This document shows positions 32,575 through 41,534 of a DNA stretch of 64,000 nt, piece after piece. This DNA is from an uncultured Verrucomicrobiae bacterium (lineage in GTDB: Bacteria > Verrucomicrobiota > Verrucomicrobiia > Chthoniobacterales > Chthoniobacteraceae). The notes beneath the pieces were generated by a model. That model searched no databases, was not told the origin of the DNA, and saw nothing but the letters and a program-made list of their open reading frames with translations. Each line of letters begins with the position of its first letter. Positions within the stretch are counted from its first letter, which is position 1. The stretch covers positions 1,056,001 through 1,120,000 of the forward strand of contig CAVYKI010000009.1 of assembly GCA_963769025.1 (NCBI GenBank). The letters are read 5' to 3'. The position numbers and the translations under genes were made by a program.

Positions 32575-33114
32575 CTATTTCCCCTGCGGCTGGGCCAGTT
32601 GCTGCAGGAGGGCCGCGCGGCGCTGCTCGTATTCCGCGAGGGCGGACTTGTAAGGGCTGAGCTTTTTCTTCCTCGCGACATTGATGATGACGCCGACAAC
32701 CAGCGCGAGAAAGACCGCCGGGGCGATGCTCTTGTCGGACGAAAACATGGAGCCAATCGAGAGCATCATCACGACCGGCACCATGAGCAGCCCGACGGCG
32801 CATCCGGCGAGCTTCGACGATCCGCCCGGTTCCACCAGCTTGCCGCGCCGGTCTCGGATAAGCATTGCCTCGCGCTTCATCTGCCACTCGCGGTCGAGCA
32901 ATTCCAGTTCGCCCTGGATGCGCAGGACGCCGAGGTTGTCCGCCATGCGGTCCGTCTTTTGCTCGATGCGCTGAAGCACCTCCGTGCAGACCGCGCCATC
33001 GCTCCGCTGCACCGTGAGCTCGCTCTTGCAATACATGCAGGTGACAAACCGCGCCTCAGCGGGAATCTGCAGCGGCGCGCCGCAGTGGTTGCAACGGACG
33101 GAGATGAGTTCCAT
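32575..33114 (-). CDS. Hypothetical zinc-ribbon plus 2-TM membrane protein
   Basis: CNHCGAPL...CMYC; coiled coil; two hydrophobic helices. Confidence 0.75.
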   Translation of the reverse strand: MELISVRCNHCGAPLQIPAEARFVTCMYCKSELTVQRSDGAVCTEVLQRIEQKTDRMADNLGVLRIQGELELLDREWQMKREAMLIRDRRGKLVEPGGSSKLAGCAVGLLMVPVVMMLSIGSMFSSDKSIAPAVFLALVVGVIINVARKKKLSPYKSALAEYEQRRAALLQQLAQPQGK

Positions 33115-33132
33115 GCGCGCGGTGCGTGAAGG

Positions 33133-34158
33133 TTAAAGCAGTTCGGCGATCTGCACCGCGTTCAGCGCCGCGCCCTTCAGCAACTGGTCGCCCGCGACCC
33201 AGAACGAGAGGCCGTTATCCATCGCGCAGTCCATGCGCAGGCGGCCGACGGCGCAGTTGTCCTTGCCGGCGACGTCGAGCGCGAGCGGGTACTTTTTCAA
33301 AGTCGGATCGTCCACGAGGTCGAGCCCCGGCGCCTTGCCGAGGACTTCGCGCGCGGCGGCGACGCTGACGGGCCTTTCAAACTCCGCGCTCACCGCGACG
33401 CTGTGCGCGCGGAACACGGGCACGCGCACGCACGTCACGCTCGCGCGGAACTTCGGGTGATGCATGATTTTCCGCCCCTCGTTTTCCATCTTCATCTCCT
33501 CCTTCGTGTAGCCGCTCTCGAGGAACGAGTCCACCTGCGGGAGCGCGTTGAAGGCGATCTGATGCGGATAGACGCTCACATGCTCGCTGCCGAGCCGCAC
33601 GTCGTCCCACTTGCGCGCGGACTTCGCCCACTCGCGCGTCTGCTTTTCCAGCTCCTCGATCGCCTGCGCGCCGGTGCCGCTCACGGCTTGGTAGCTCGAC
33701 GCCCACAGGCGCTTCACGCCGAACGCCTGGTGCAGCGGCCAAAGCGCCATGAGCGTGATCGCCGTCGTGCAGTTCGGATTCGCGATGATGCCGCGGTTCG
33801 CCTTCACGTCCGCGCCGTTCACCTCGGGCACGACGAGCGGCACGTCGGCATCCATGCGGAAGGCGCTGGAATTATCCACGACGACCGTGCCGGCCTGCGT
33901 GGCAAAAGGCGCATACTGCTTGGAAATGGAGCCGCCCGCGCTGAACAGCGCGACATCCACGCCCTTGAATGCATGCTCCGTCAGTTCCTGCACGGCGATG
34001 TCCTCGCCGAGATACGGCAGTCGCTTGCCGACCGAGCGGGCGGAGGCGAGCAGCGTCAGTTTGCCGAGCGGAAAGTTCCGCTTTTCGAGCGTCTTCATCA
34101 TTTCGATTCCGACGGCTCCGGTGGCTCCGACAATGGCGACATGCAGGTTCTTGCTCAT
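33133..34158 (-). CDS. asd: Aspartate-semialdehyde dehydrogenase
   Basis: VAIVGATGAVG, DNSSAFRM, ANPNCTT, YQAVSGTG, TCVRVPV, KGAALNAVQIAE. Confidence 0.97.
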   Translation of the reverse strand: MSKNLHVAIVGATGAVGIEMMKTLEKRNFPLGKLTLLASARSVGKRLPYLGEDIAVQELTEHAFKGVDVALFSAGGSISKQYAPFATQAGTVVVDNSSAFRMDADVPLVVPEVNGADVKANRGIIANPNCTTAITLMALWPLHQAFGVKRLWASSYQAVSGTGAQAIEELEKQTREWAKSARKWDDVRLGSEHVSVYPHQIAFNALPQVDSFLESGYTKEEMKMENEGRKIMHHPKFRASVTCVRVPVFRAHSVAVSAEFERPVSVAAAREVLGKAPGLDLVDDPTLKKYPLALDVAGKDNCAVGRLRMDCAMDNGLSFWVAGDQLLKGAALNAVQIAELL

Positions 34159-34257
34159 AAATGAAAGGGCGCGGAAGTTAGCGTTGCGCGCGCACTTGGC
34201 AAGACGCGGAAGCGACGCGCACTTGGCAGAACCGTAAGGAAGCGGCACATTTTCGCC

Positions 34258-34713
34258 ATGCGCATTTATGTCCATGTCCCGAGCCAGACCCTCGACCTGC
34301 TCGACGATTCCGGCGCGCTGCTCCGGCGTTACCCGTGCTCGACATCAAAGTTCGGCCTCGGCTCCGAACCGGGCTCGAACTGCACGCCGACGGGGCGATT
34401 CCGTGTCGCGGAAAAGCACGGCGAGGGCGCGCCGCTTGGGATGATTTTCAAAGGCCGCCAGCCGACCGGTGAACTCGGCACGCCGACGGACGAGCGCGAC
34501 CATGTGCAGACGCGCATCCTCTGGCTCGAAGGGCTCGATGCCGACAACGCCAACACGAAGGAGCGCTACATCTACATCCATGGCACGAATTGCGAACACC
34601 AGCTCGGCACGCCCGCGAGCCACGGCTGCGTGCGGCTGTCGAACCAGGACGCCATCGATCTTTTCGACGCGGTGCCGGAGGGCACGGAGATGGTGATCGA
34701 CGCGGGCGAGTGA
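34258..34713 (+). CDS. L,D-transpeptidase (YkuD) family protein
   Basis: TPTGRF; YIHGT...ASHGCVRL catalytic motif. Confidence 0.92.
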   Translation: MRIYVHVPSQTLDLLDDSGALLRRYPCSTSKFGLGSEPGSNCTPTGRFRVAEKHGEGAPLGMIFKGRQPTGELGTPTDERDHVQTRILWLEGLDADNANTKERYIYIHGTNCEHQLGTPASHGCVRLSNQDAIDLFDAVPEGTEMVIDAGE

Positions 34714-34939
34714 TCCGGTACCAGCGGTTCCGTTCCGCGCGTTTCATCACCACGAAGACGAGGACCGGGACGAGCAATTCCGCCACGACGATGAGCACCG
34801 AGGCCCACACCGGCAGCACGGTCAAAACGCCCGTGACCGCCATTCCCACCAATGAACCGATGGAGGCCACCGCGCTCGCGGCAGTGACAATCTCGACCTT
34901 GGAACGGCGCGGGGAATCTTCGGGTTTCACACCGTTCAC
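34448..34939 (-). CDS. Possible small 2-TM membrane protein (3' end uncertain, runs antisense into the ldt gene)
   Basis: Two clear hydrophobic helices at about 34750-34890; no in-frame stop until 34448. Confidence 0.35.
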   Translation of the reverse strand: MNGVKPEDSPRRSKVEIVTAASAVASIGSLVGMAVTGVLTVLPVWASVLIVVAELLVPVLVFVVMKRAERNRWYRITRPRRSPSPCPPAPRRKDRWRPGSTAARSRGSRACRAGVRNSCHGCRCSAPSCWRCRHRALRARGCASAHGRARPSACRVHRSAGGL

Positions 34940-35085
34940 GTATCCCGCGCGAAACCTTCCCGCAAGCCGCGCGAATCCTCTGCGCAAGCCGCGCGGATTT
35001 CCGAAGAATTCTGTTGTCACAAATTACCCCACCCGACTACATGCCCGGCACATGCAACCTGCACAGAAGGGGGTGACACTATAAA

Positions 35086-35193
35086 ATGCGTATCCTCGCC
35101 ATTCTCGCCCTCGCGGCCATGAGCTTCGGTTTCGTGTCCTGCGCGAAGCACAATCCGCCGCCGCCAGCGCCGGAGCACCACTACCACAAGTAA
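35086..35193 (+). CDS. Small His/Pro-rich lipoprotein (35 aa), not in the ORF track
   Basis: MRILAILALAAMSFGFVS-CAKHNPPPPAPEHHYHK; SD-like AAGGGGGTGA upstream. Confidence 0.75.
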   Translation: MRILAILALAAMSFGFVSCAKHNPPPPAPEHHYHK

Positions 35194-35249
35194 GCTTCCC
35201 TCTCGGGGAGATTATTTTCGAGGCCAGATTGAATCCGTTCAGTCTGGCC

Positions 35250-35855
35250 TCATCCTTTTCCGGCGGGCTTCACGGAAATGTGCTCGCTGCCCCGCAGCAT
35301 GAAACGCCAAGCGAGATCCAGCGCGCGGGAAATCCCGATCCTCGCCCCGGCTTCGATCTCCACGGCACCGGACGGCCGGACAAATCCCGCGCCTGCGCCC
35401 TCGCAAAAGTCCCGGCCGTGATCGCGCCCCGTCACCCCCAGCGCCTGCGCGAGCTTGCCGGGGCCGCTGCAAAGCCACGCATGGGATTTCAGGTTCGCGG
35501 TTTTTGATTTCAGATTCTTCGCGCGGCGGCGGATCATTGCGGCGATCCCCTCGGTCGGCTCGATGGCGCGGAAGAGCACGAAGCCGTCCTCGCCGCCGCC
35601 CTTCACCAGCACATTCAGCATCCAGTACATGCCGTAGTTGAAATAGACGTACGCCGCGCCGGGCGGATGCTTTGCGACAAAGGCCCGCGCGCTCGGACGA
35701 GACCACGTGTGACACGCCTCGTCGTTCACGGCACCGTAGGCCTCCGTCTCAACGATCACCCCGGCACATCGCCCCCAGCGAAGCGTGCAGCCGATGAGTT
35801 CCCGAGCGCACGTCACGGGGTCGCGTTCAAAAAATGAGCGATCGAGCGGAGTCAC
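35250..35855 (-). CDS. mpg: DNA-3-methyladenine glycosylase (MPG/AAG)
   Basis: IVETEAY, AYVYFNYGMY, LFRAIEP, CSGPGKL, RIGIS; GTG start approximate. Confidence 0.93.
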   Translation of the reverse strand: MTPLDRSFFERDPVTCARELIGCTLRWGRCAGVIVETEAYGAVNDEACHTWSRPSARAFVAKHPPGAAYVYFNYGMYWMLNVLVKGGGEDGFVLFRAIEPTEGIAAMIRRRAKNLKSKTANLKSHAWLCSGPGKLAQALGVTGRDHGRDFCEGAGAGFVRPSGAVEIEAGARIGISRALDLAWRFMLRGSEHISVKPAGKG

Positions 35856-35860
35856 AAAGT

Positions 35861-35959
35861 AACGTTGAACGCTCAATGCCCGACGTCCAACGCCCAAAGT
35901 TGAAACCCGCACCCGGGGTCTCGCCACCGCGGACGCTCAACGCCGGACGTCGGACGTTT
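35861..35959. repeat. Degenerate heptanucleotide tandem repeats (two blocks)
   Basis: AACGTTG AACGCTC AATGCCC GACGTCC AACGCCC AAAGTTG ... GACGCTC AACGCCG GACGTCG GACGTTT. Confidence 0.65.
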
Positions 35960-36709
35960 TTACAGCCCCGTCGGATGATCGATGAATTCCCATGGCTTCC
36001 GGAATTTCCGCGCGACGTGCTGCACGAGCGCCTTCACTCCAAACGTCTCCGTCGCGTAGTGCCCGCCGTAGAAAAGGTTCACACCGAGTTCCTCCGCGAG
36101 CGTGAATGTGTGATGCGCGCCCTCGCCCGTCACGAACGCATCGCAGCCAAGTGCGGCCGCATGCGCGACCATGTCCCCCGCCCCGCCGGTCACCACGCCG
36201 ACGCGCCTCACGCGCGCGGCTCCTCCCGGTATGATCTTCACCGGCCCGCCGACCGCCTTTTCCAACCGCCGCGCAAACTCCGCACGGGTCACATCCACAT
36301 GCCCGACGAGCCCGATGTCCTGTCCCTTCGCGGGAAAGGCTGGCGCACATTTGCGAAGCCCGAGCATCTTCGCGAGCAGGGCGTTGTTGCCGAGCTTTGC
36401 GTGGAGATCCAGCGGCAGGTGCGAGCTGAACACCGCGAGATCCGCGTCGAACGCCAGCTTCAGCTTTCTGCGCAACGCGCCCGTGAATGCCCTCGCCCCA
36501 CCCCACAGCAGTCCGTGATGCACCAGCAGCAGCGTCCCCGGCACACGCGCGGCCTCCGCCAGCACCGCCTCGCACGCGTCCACCGCCGCGCAGACGCGGG
36601 ACACACGCCCGCTGTTCTCGACCTGCAGACCGTTATGCGCGCCGGGATAGTCGCCCGTGTTCGCGTGATTTAGCAGCTTGTCGAGGTGACGGACGATTTC
36701 GGAGAGCAC
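35960..36709 (-). CDS. Nif3-like dinuclear metal center protein
   Basis: NGLQVE, LLVHHG, SHLPLDLH, GGHYATETFG. Confidence 0.93.
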   Translation of the reverse strand: MLSEIVRHLDKLLNHANTGDYPGAHNGLQVENSGRVSRVCAAVDACEAVLAEAARVPGTLLLVHHGLLWGGARAFTGALRRKLKLAFDADLAVFSSHLPLDLHAKLGNNALLAKMLGLRKCAPAFPAKGQDIGLVGHVDVTRAEFARRLEKAVGGPVKIIPGGAARVRRVGVVTGGAGDMVAHAAALGCDAFVTGEGAHHTFTLAEELGVNLFYGGHYATETFGVKALVQHVARKFRKPWEFIDHPTGL

Positions 36710-36770
36710 GCGCCCACCATGCCCGCATTCGCTCCCCGCGGCAAGGCGGCTGCAGCGGTCTGCGGTCCCG

Positions 36771-37553
36771 CTACTTGATGATTCCCCGCGCGCTCTGCGT
36801 GACGAAACCGATCAGGTGTTCGATCTCCGGGATGTCCGGCAATTCCGAGCGCATCCGCTCCACCGCCTGTGCGACGTTCAGATCGGAGCGGTAGAGAAAT
36901 CGGTACGCCTCCTTCATCGCCCGCACGACCTCGGGTCCGTAGCCGTGCCGTTCGAGGCCGATCTTGTTGATGCCGCGCACGCGCGCCGGATTCCCATCCG
37001 CGAGCATGAAGGGCGGGACGTCCTGCACGATTTTCGAACAGCCGCCGGTCATCGCGTGGTGCCCGAGGCGGCAAAACTGATGCACCGCCGTGAGGCCGCC
37101 GAGCACCACTCTGTCCTCGACCGTGACGTGCCCGGCGAGCGTGCCGTTATTCGAGAAAATCACGTCATCGCCCACCGTGCAGTCGTGCGCGATATGGCAG
37201 TAGGCGAGGAAGTTTCCCCGGCTGCCGACGCGCGTGAACGAACCCGGTGCGGTCCCGCGGTTGACGGTGACGAATTCGCGAAACGTGTTTCCTTCGCCGA
37301 CTTCGAGGTGCGTCGGCTCGCCGGAGTATTTCAGGTCCTGCGACCGCTGCCCTAGCGAGCAGAAGGCGAAAAAGCGGTTCCCATTTCCAAAGCGCGACGG
37401 GCCGGTGAGGCTCACGTGATGTTGCAGCCAGCAGCCGTCGCCGAGCACGACGCCCGCGCCGATGACGCAATACGGCCCGATCTCGCAGTCCGCGCCGATC
37501 TCTGCTCCCGCGTCGATGACGGCGGTCGGGTGGATTTTTGCGCCGTTGCTCAC
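36771..37553 (-). CDS. lpxA: Acyl-ACP--UDP-GlcNAc O-acyltransferase
   Basis: IHPTAVI hexapeptide repeats, QDLKY, HIAHDC, LAGHV, VHQF. Confidence 0.96.
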   Translation of the reverse strand: MSNGAKIHPTAVIDAGAEIGADCEIGPYCVIGAGVVLGDGCWLQHHVSLTGPSRFGNGNRFFAFCSLGQRSQDLKYSGEPTHLEVGEGNTFREFVTVNRGTAPGSFTRVGSRGNFLAYCHIAHDCTVGDDVIFSNNGTLAGHVTVEDRVVLGGLTAVHQFCRLGHHAMTGGCSKIVQDVPPFMLADGNPARVRGINKIGLERHGYGPEVVRAMKEAYRFLYRSDLNVAQAVERMRSELPDIPEIEHLIGFVTQSARGIIK

Positions 37554-38863
37554 GCGTCAACGATTCCGAAGAGCATCTCCGCCTCGCTGCACACCTCGCC
37601 ATTGACGATGCAGCGACCCTTCGCCTTTGCGATTCCCCTGCCCTTCTTGGAAGTGAGCTCCACCTCGATGAAAAGCGTGTCGCCGGGGACGACGGGCTTG
37701 CGGAATTTCACCGAGTCCGCGCTCATGAAGTAGCCGATCTTGCCCGCGTTGCCCGGCACCCGCAGGAGCAGGATGCTGCCGACCTGCGCCATCGCCTCGA
37801 GTTGCAGGACGCCCGGCATGATCGGGTGGCCGGGAAAGTGGCCCTGGAAAAAAGGCTCGTTGATCGTGACGTTCTTCACGCCCGTGCATCGCGTGTCGCC
37901 GTCGAGCGAGACGATGCGGTCCACCATGAGGAACGGGAAGCGGTGGGGCAGCAGGTTCATCACGTCCTTCACGTCGAGCACGTCGCCGCCCTTCGGCGTC
38001 GTGGCCGGCGGGATGAGCGCGTTCATGCGCGCCTGCTGCTTTGCAATCGCGCGGCAGAGATCCGCATTCGGTCCGTGGCCGGGCTTTATCGCGATGACGT
38101 GGCCCTTGATCGCGCGGCCGAAGAGCGCGAGGTCGCCGATGATGTCGAGAATCTTGTGCCGCACGAACTCGTCCTTGAAGCGCAGCGGCTCCTTGCCGAG
38201 CACCTGCTCGCCGCGAATGACGACCGCGTTCTCCAGGCTGCCGCCCTTGATGAGCCCCTTGTCCATGAGCGGCTTCACGTCCTCGTAAAAGACGAACGTG
38301 CGCGCGGGCGCGATTTCCTTTTCGTAAATCGCGGGCGTGATCTCCGTGGAGAAATACTGCGTGAAACGCCCGTCTGGGCCGACATTGGTGCACGAGACGC
38401 GGAACTTCGAATCCGGGACGATGGTCATCAGCGAGCCGCTTCTCGTCTCGATGTGGATCGGCTCGGTGACGTCATAGATCGGACGCGCCACCTGCTGATC
38501 CACGATGCCCGCCTTGTTGATCAGCTCCACGTATTGCTTCGCCGAGCCGTCGCCGATGGGCGGCTCGCTCGCGTCCATCTCGATGAGGCAGTTGTCCACG
38601 CCCATGCCCGTCAGCGCGCTCAGGACGTGCTCGACGGTCTGCACCTTCGCACTGCCGTCCGCGATGGTCGTGGCGCGCTCGACCGTCTTCACGTGGTCGA
38701 TGCGTGCGTCGATTATCGGCTCATCTTGCAAATCCGCGCGCTTGAATTTCATGCCATGTCCGGCGGGGGCCGGGTGCAGCGTGAGGACGACCTCGTTGCC
38801 CGTGTGAAGGGAGGCGCCGGATACGGAGACGCTCTGGCCGAGCGTGCATTGATTGAGACTCAT
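37550..38863 (-). CDS. lpxC/fabZ: Bifunctional LpxC/FabZ
   Basis: TVEHVLSAL, RHKILDIIGDL, GHGPN (LpxC); LPHRFPFLMVDR, FFQGHFPGHPIMPGVL (FabZ). Confidence 0.96.
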   Translation of the reverse strand: MSLNQCTLGQSVSVSGASLHTGNEVVLTLHPAPAGHGMKFKRADLQDEPIIDARIDHVKTVERATTIADGSAKVQTVEHVLSALTGMGVDNCLIEMDASEPPIGDGSAKQYVELINKAGIVDQQVARPIYDVTEPIHIETRSGSLMTIVPDSKFRVSCTNVGPDGRFTQYFSTEITPAIYEKEIAPARTFVFYEDVKPLMDKGLIKGGSLENAVVIRGEQVLGKEPLRFKDEFVRHKILDIIGDLALFGRAIKGHVIAIKPGHGPNADLCRAIAKQQARMNALIPPATTPKGGDVLDVKDVMNLLPHRFPFLMVDRIVSLDGDTRCTGVKNVTINEPFFQGHFPGHPIMPGVLQLEAMAQVGSILLLRVPGNAGKIGYFMSADSVKFRKPVVPGDTLFIEVELTSKKGRGIAKAKGRCIVNGEVCSEAEMLFGIVDA

Positions 38864-38933
38864 CGTTTGGATTCGCGGAAAAGTCCGCCGCTTATGGGGA
38901 ATCCGTCCCCATGCGGCAAGCGCGATGATTCTG

Positions 38934-39006
38934 CTAGGGCGCTCTCGCCGGGAGCGCCCGCTTCGAGCCACAACGAGTCAGGGCGGCCTCGGCGATGCCG
39001 CCCTAC
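38934..39006. repeat. Degenerate GTAG-type REP pair
   Basis: CTAG-GGCGCTC..GAGCGCC on + and GTAG-GGCGGC..GCCGCC on -; the latter supplies the gpmI TAG. Confidence 0.5.
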
Positions 39007-40580
39007 CTGCGGATCAGCGAGCGCCCTGTCATCTCCGCGGGCTTCGCCACGCCGAGCAGGTCCAGCAGCGTCGGTGCGACGTCGGCGAGGATGCCGCTGT
39101 CGAGGTTCACGCCCGCGTGGTCTTCGCCGACATAGATGAATTGGACGAGGTTCGTCGTGTGCGCGGTGTTCGGCGAACCGTCGGGGTTGCGCATCAGCTC
39201 GCAATTCCCGTGGTCGGCGGTGAGCAGCAGCTTGCCGCCCAATTCCAGCGTGCGCTCGACGAGCAGCCTGCACGCGACATCGATCGTCTCGACCGCGTGG
39301 ATGCCGGCCCCGACCACGCCCGTGTGCCCGACCATGTCAGGATTCGCAAAGTTCACGATGACGAGGTCGAACTCCTCCAGCCGCCGCCGCACCTCGAACG
39401 CCAAATCCGGCGCGCTCATCTGCGGCATGAGGTCGTAAGTCGGCAGCGCCGCCTCCTTGCCGTCCTTACTGTAGTTCTTCGGGCTCAGCGTGAGATAGCG
39501 CGCCTCGCCGGGAAATGGCGTGTCGCTCCCGCCGTTGAAGAAAAATGTGACGTGCGGGAACTTCTCCGTCTCCGCCGCGCGAAGCTGCTTCAGCCCCGCC
39601 GCGGCGACGACTTCGCCGAGAATGTGGCTCATGCTCGCGGGGCCGAAGACCGACTTCACACCGAGCGCCGCATACGTCTCCTTGTATTCCGTCAGCGTGT
39701 AGTAGCCGGCGAGCTTCGGCTTGCCCTGGGTCGCGAAGCCGCTGAACGCCGGGTCCATGAATGCCTCGGTGAGCTGCCGCGCGCGGTCGGCGCGGAAGTT
39801 GAACCACAGGACCACGTCGCCATCGCGCATCCGCTGCTCATTCGCGTGGGAGAAAATGATCGGCTGCATGAACTCGTCGCCGCGCGGGTCCGCCGGATAC
39901 GCGGCCCGCACCGCTGTGGACGGCTTCTCGGCGCTCACCGGCCCGCGCCCGAGCACGATGGCGTCCCACGCGAGCTTGTTGCGCTCCCAGCGCTTGTCCC
40001 GGTCCATGGCAAAATAACGCCCGATGACCGTGGCGATCTTCGCCGCAGTCGGCGCGATCCCCTTCTCCACCATCGCCAGGAAATCCGCACCGCTCGTCGG
40101 CGACGTGTCGCGCCCGTCGGTGATGGCGTGGATGAGGATGTCCTTCACCCCCGCCGCCGTCGCCGCCTTGCACAGCGCGATGAGATGCTCCTGATGCGAA
40201 TGCACCCCGCCATCGCTCACGAGTCCGAGTAGGTGCAATCGCGATCCTTTCGCCTTTGCGAACGCCTCCGCGAGCACCGCATTCGTGGAAAATTCGCCGT
40301 CGAGGATCGCCTTGTTGATGCGCGTGAGGTCCTGATACACGACGCGCCCCGCGCCGAGGTTCAGGTGGCCGACTTCACTGTTCCCCATCTGCCCGTCCGG
40401 CAGCCCCACATCCATCCCGCTCGCCGAGAGGCGCGACTGCGGATACGTGGCGTAAAGGTGATCGTGGAACGGCGTCTTCGCGAGCAACGTGGCATCGCCA
40501 TTTTCGACCGCCTTCGCGCGGCCCCCGGGATTCACACCCCAGCCGTCACGGATGATAAGGACAACAGGCTTCTTCGACAT
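39003..40580 (-). CDS. gpmI: 2,3-bisphosphoglycerate-independent phosphoglycerate mutase
   Basis: GQMGNSEVGH, SDGGVHSH, DGRD, GRYFAMDRD, AETEK, NPDMVGHTG, TADHGN. Confidence 0.97.
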   Translation of the reverse strand: MSKKPVVLIIRDGWGVNPGGRAKAVENGDATLLAKTPFHDHLYATYPQSRLSASGMDVGLPDGQMGNSEVGHLNLGAGRVVYQDLTRINKAILDGEFSTNAVLAEAFAKAKGSRLHLLGLVSDGGVHSHQEHLIALCKAATAAGVKDILIHAITDGRDTSPTSGADFLAMVEKGIAPTAAKIATVIGRYFAMDRDKRWERNKLAWDAIVLGRGPVSAEKPSTAVRAAYPADPRGDEFMQPIIFSHANEQRMRDGDVVLWFNFRADRARQLTEAFMDPAFSGFATQGKPKLAGYYTLTEYKETYAALGVKSVFGPASMSHILGEVVAAAGLKQLRAAETEKFPHVTFFFNGGSDTPFPGEARYLTLSPKNYSKDGKEAALPTYDLMPQMSAPDLAFEVRRRLEEFDLVIVNFANPDMVGHTGVVGAGIHAVETIDVACRLLVERTLELGGKLLLTADHGNCELMRNPDGSPNTAHTTNLVQFIYVGEDHAGVNLDSGILADVAPTLLDLLGVAKPAEMTGRSLIRR

Positions 40581-40687
40581 AAGCCCGCGAGAAAAGCAGA
40601 CACGCGCTGCTGTGCAAGCGCGGCGGCGGCTGGCTGCGTGGCAAGGGGGCTCGGTTCATCCCGATGCTGCACATTCCATGGTCGGCG

Positions 40688-41483
40688 TCAGCCATTGCCG
40701 TCCCCAGGCCCGGAAGTCAGCCAGCCCAGCCAGAGGACAATCGCTGAGCCGAAGAAGTAGGACGCGACGGCAGTCCAGCGGACATCCGCCGCGAAGACGA
40801 CCGTATTGCTCATCCCCACGATCGATATCGTCAGGCCGAAAGTCGCCACGAGAAGGATGGCCAGCCGGGCAAGCTGAGGATGAAGTCCAGGTACCTGTGG
40901 ATGATTCCACCTCCATCCGGGGCCGACCGATGCCGAGGAGCGCGCGCCCAGATCGGTCCGCGCCAGTAATACCGGACGACGGCGGCACGCAGGCGCTTAA
41001 ACAGCGGGCGGGGCCGAGACGCTGGCACGGGCGCGAGTGACCGGGCCGCAACCTCTGGCTGCGGCGCGGAAGGCGCGGCAGAACCCTGGCGGAGGTAGGG
41101 CAGCAGCCGTGCCTTTTCATCGGGCCATCTGAACACCTGGAGCTGGCGGAGGGTGCAGGGCAGGTCCGCGGCAGCGATGCCGCCGCAGACGACTGTAAAA
41201 AGGTTCCCGCGGTTCCGGCCCGAAAGCTTCTCGATGGCGAAGGAGTCCCATTCGTAGCGGACCCACTGCTTTTCCGCGTGGGCGCGGCTGGAGGTGACGA
41301 CCATGAGATGCAGGCAGCCTTCAAGGGCACCGTCGATGGTGTGCTTGTACTCCGCCAGCCCGACCTGGTCGATGCTCTGCTCGCTAAACAAGCAGACGCA
41401 GTGAGATGGCGGAAGACTTCCGTGGCGAAGGAATAATCCTCGCTCGCCGCACTGATGAAGACTTCGTAGCCGGTCTCGTCCAT
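40688..41483 (-). CDS. TIR-domain protein with C-terminal TM helices (at least 2 frameshifts)
   Basis: YEVFISAASED; IDGALEGCLHLMVVTSS; WVRYEW; C-terminal frame LAILLVATFGLTISIVG...YFFGSAIVLWLGWL ending TGA at 40688-40690. Confidence 0.75.
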
Positions 41484-41534
41484 GCGACCGTTTCGCTAGC
41501 ACGCAGGGCGGCGCGTGACCAGCATCGAACGGCG

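Noticed and set aside
34189..34228. 13-bp direct repeat CGCGCACTTGGCA between asd and the L,D-transpeptidase gene
   Set aside because: Each copy coincides with a candidate -35 hexamer of the divergent promoters; no separate operator needs to be invoked
37550..38863. LpxC-FabZ fusion as a novelty
   Set aside because: Known fusion in several phyla, including Bacteroidota
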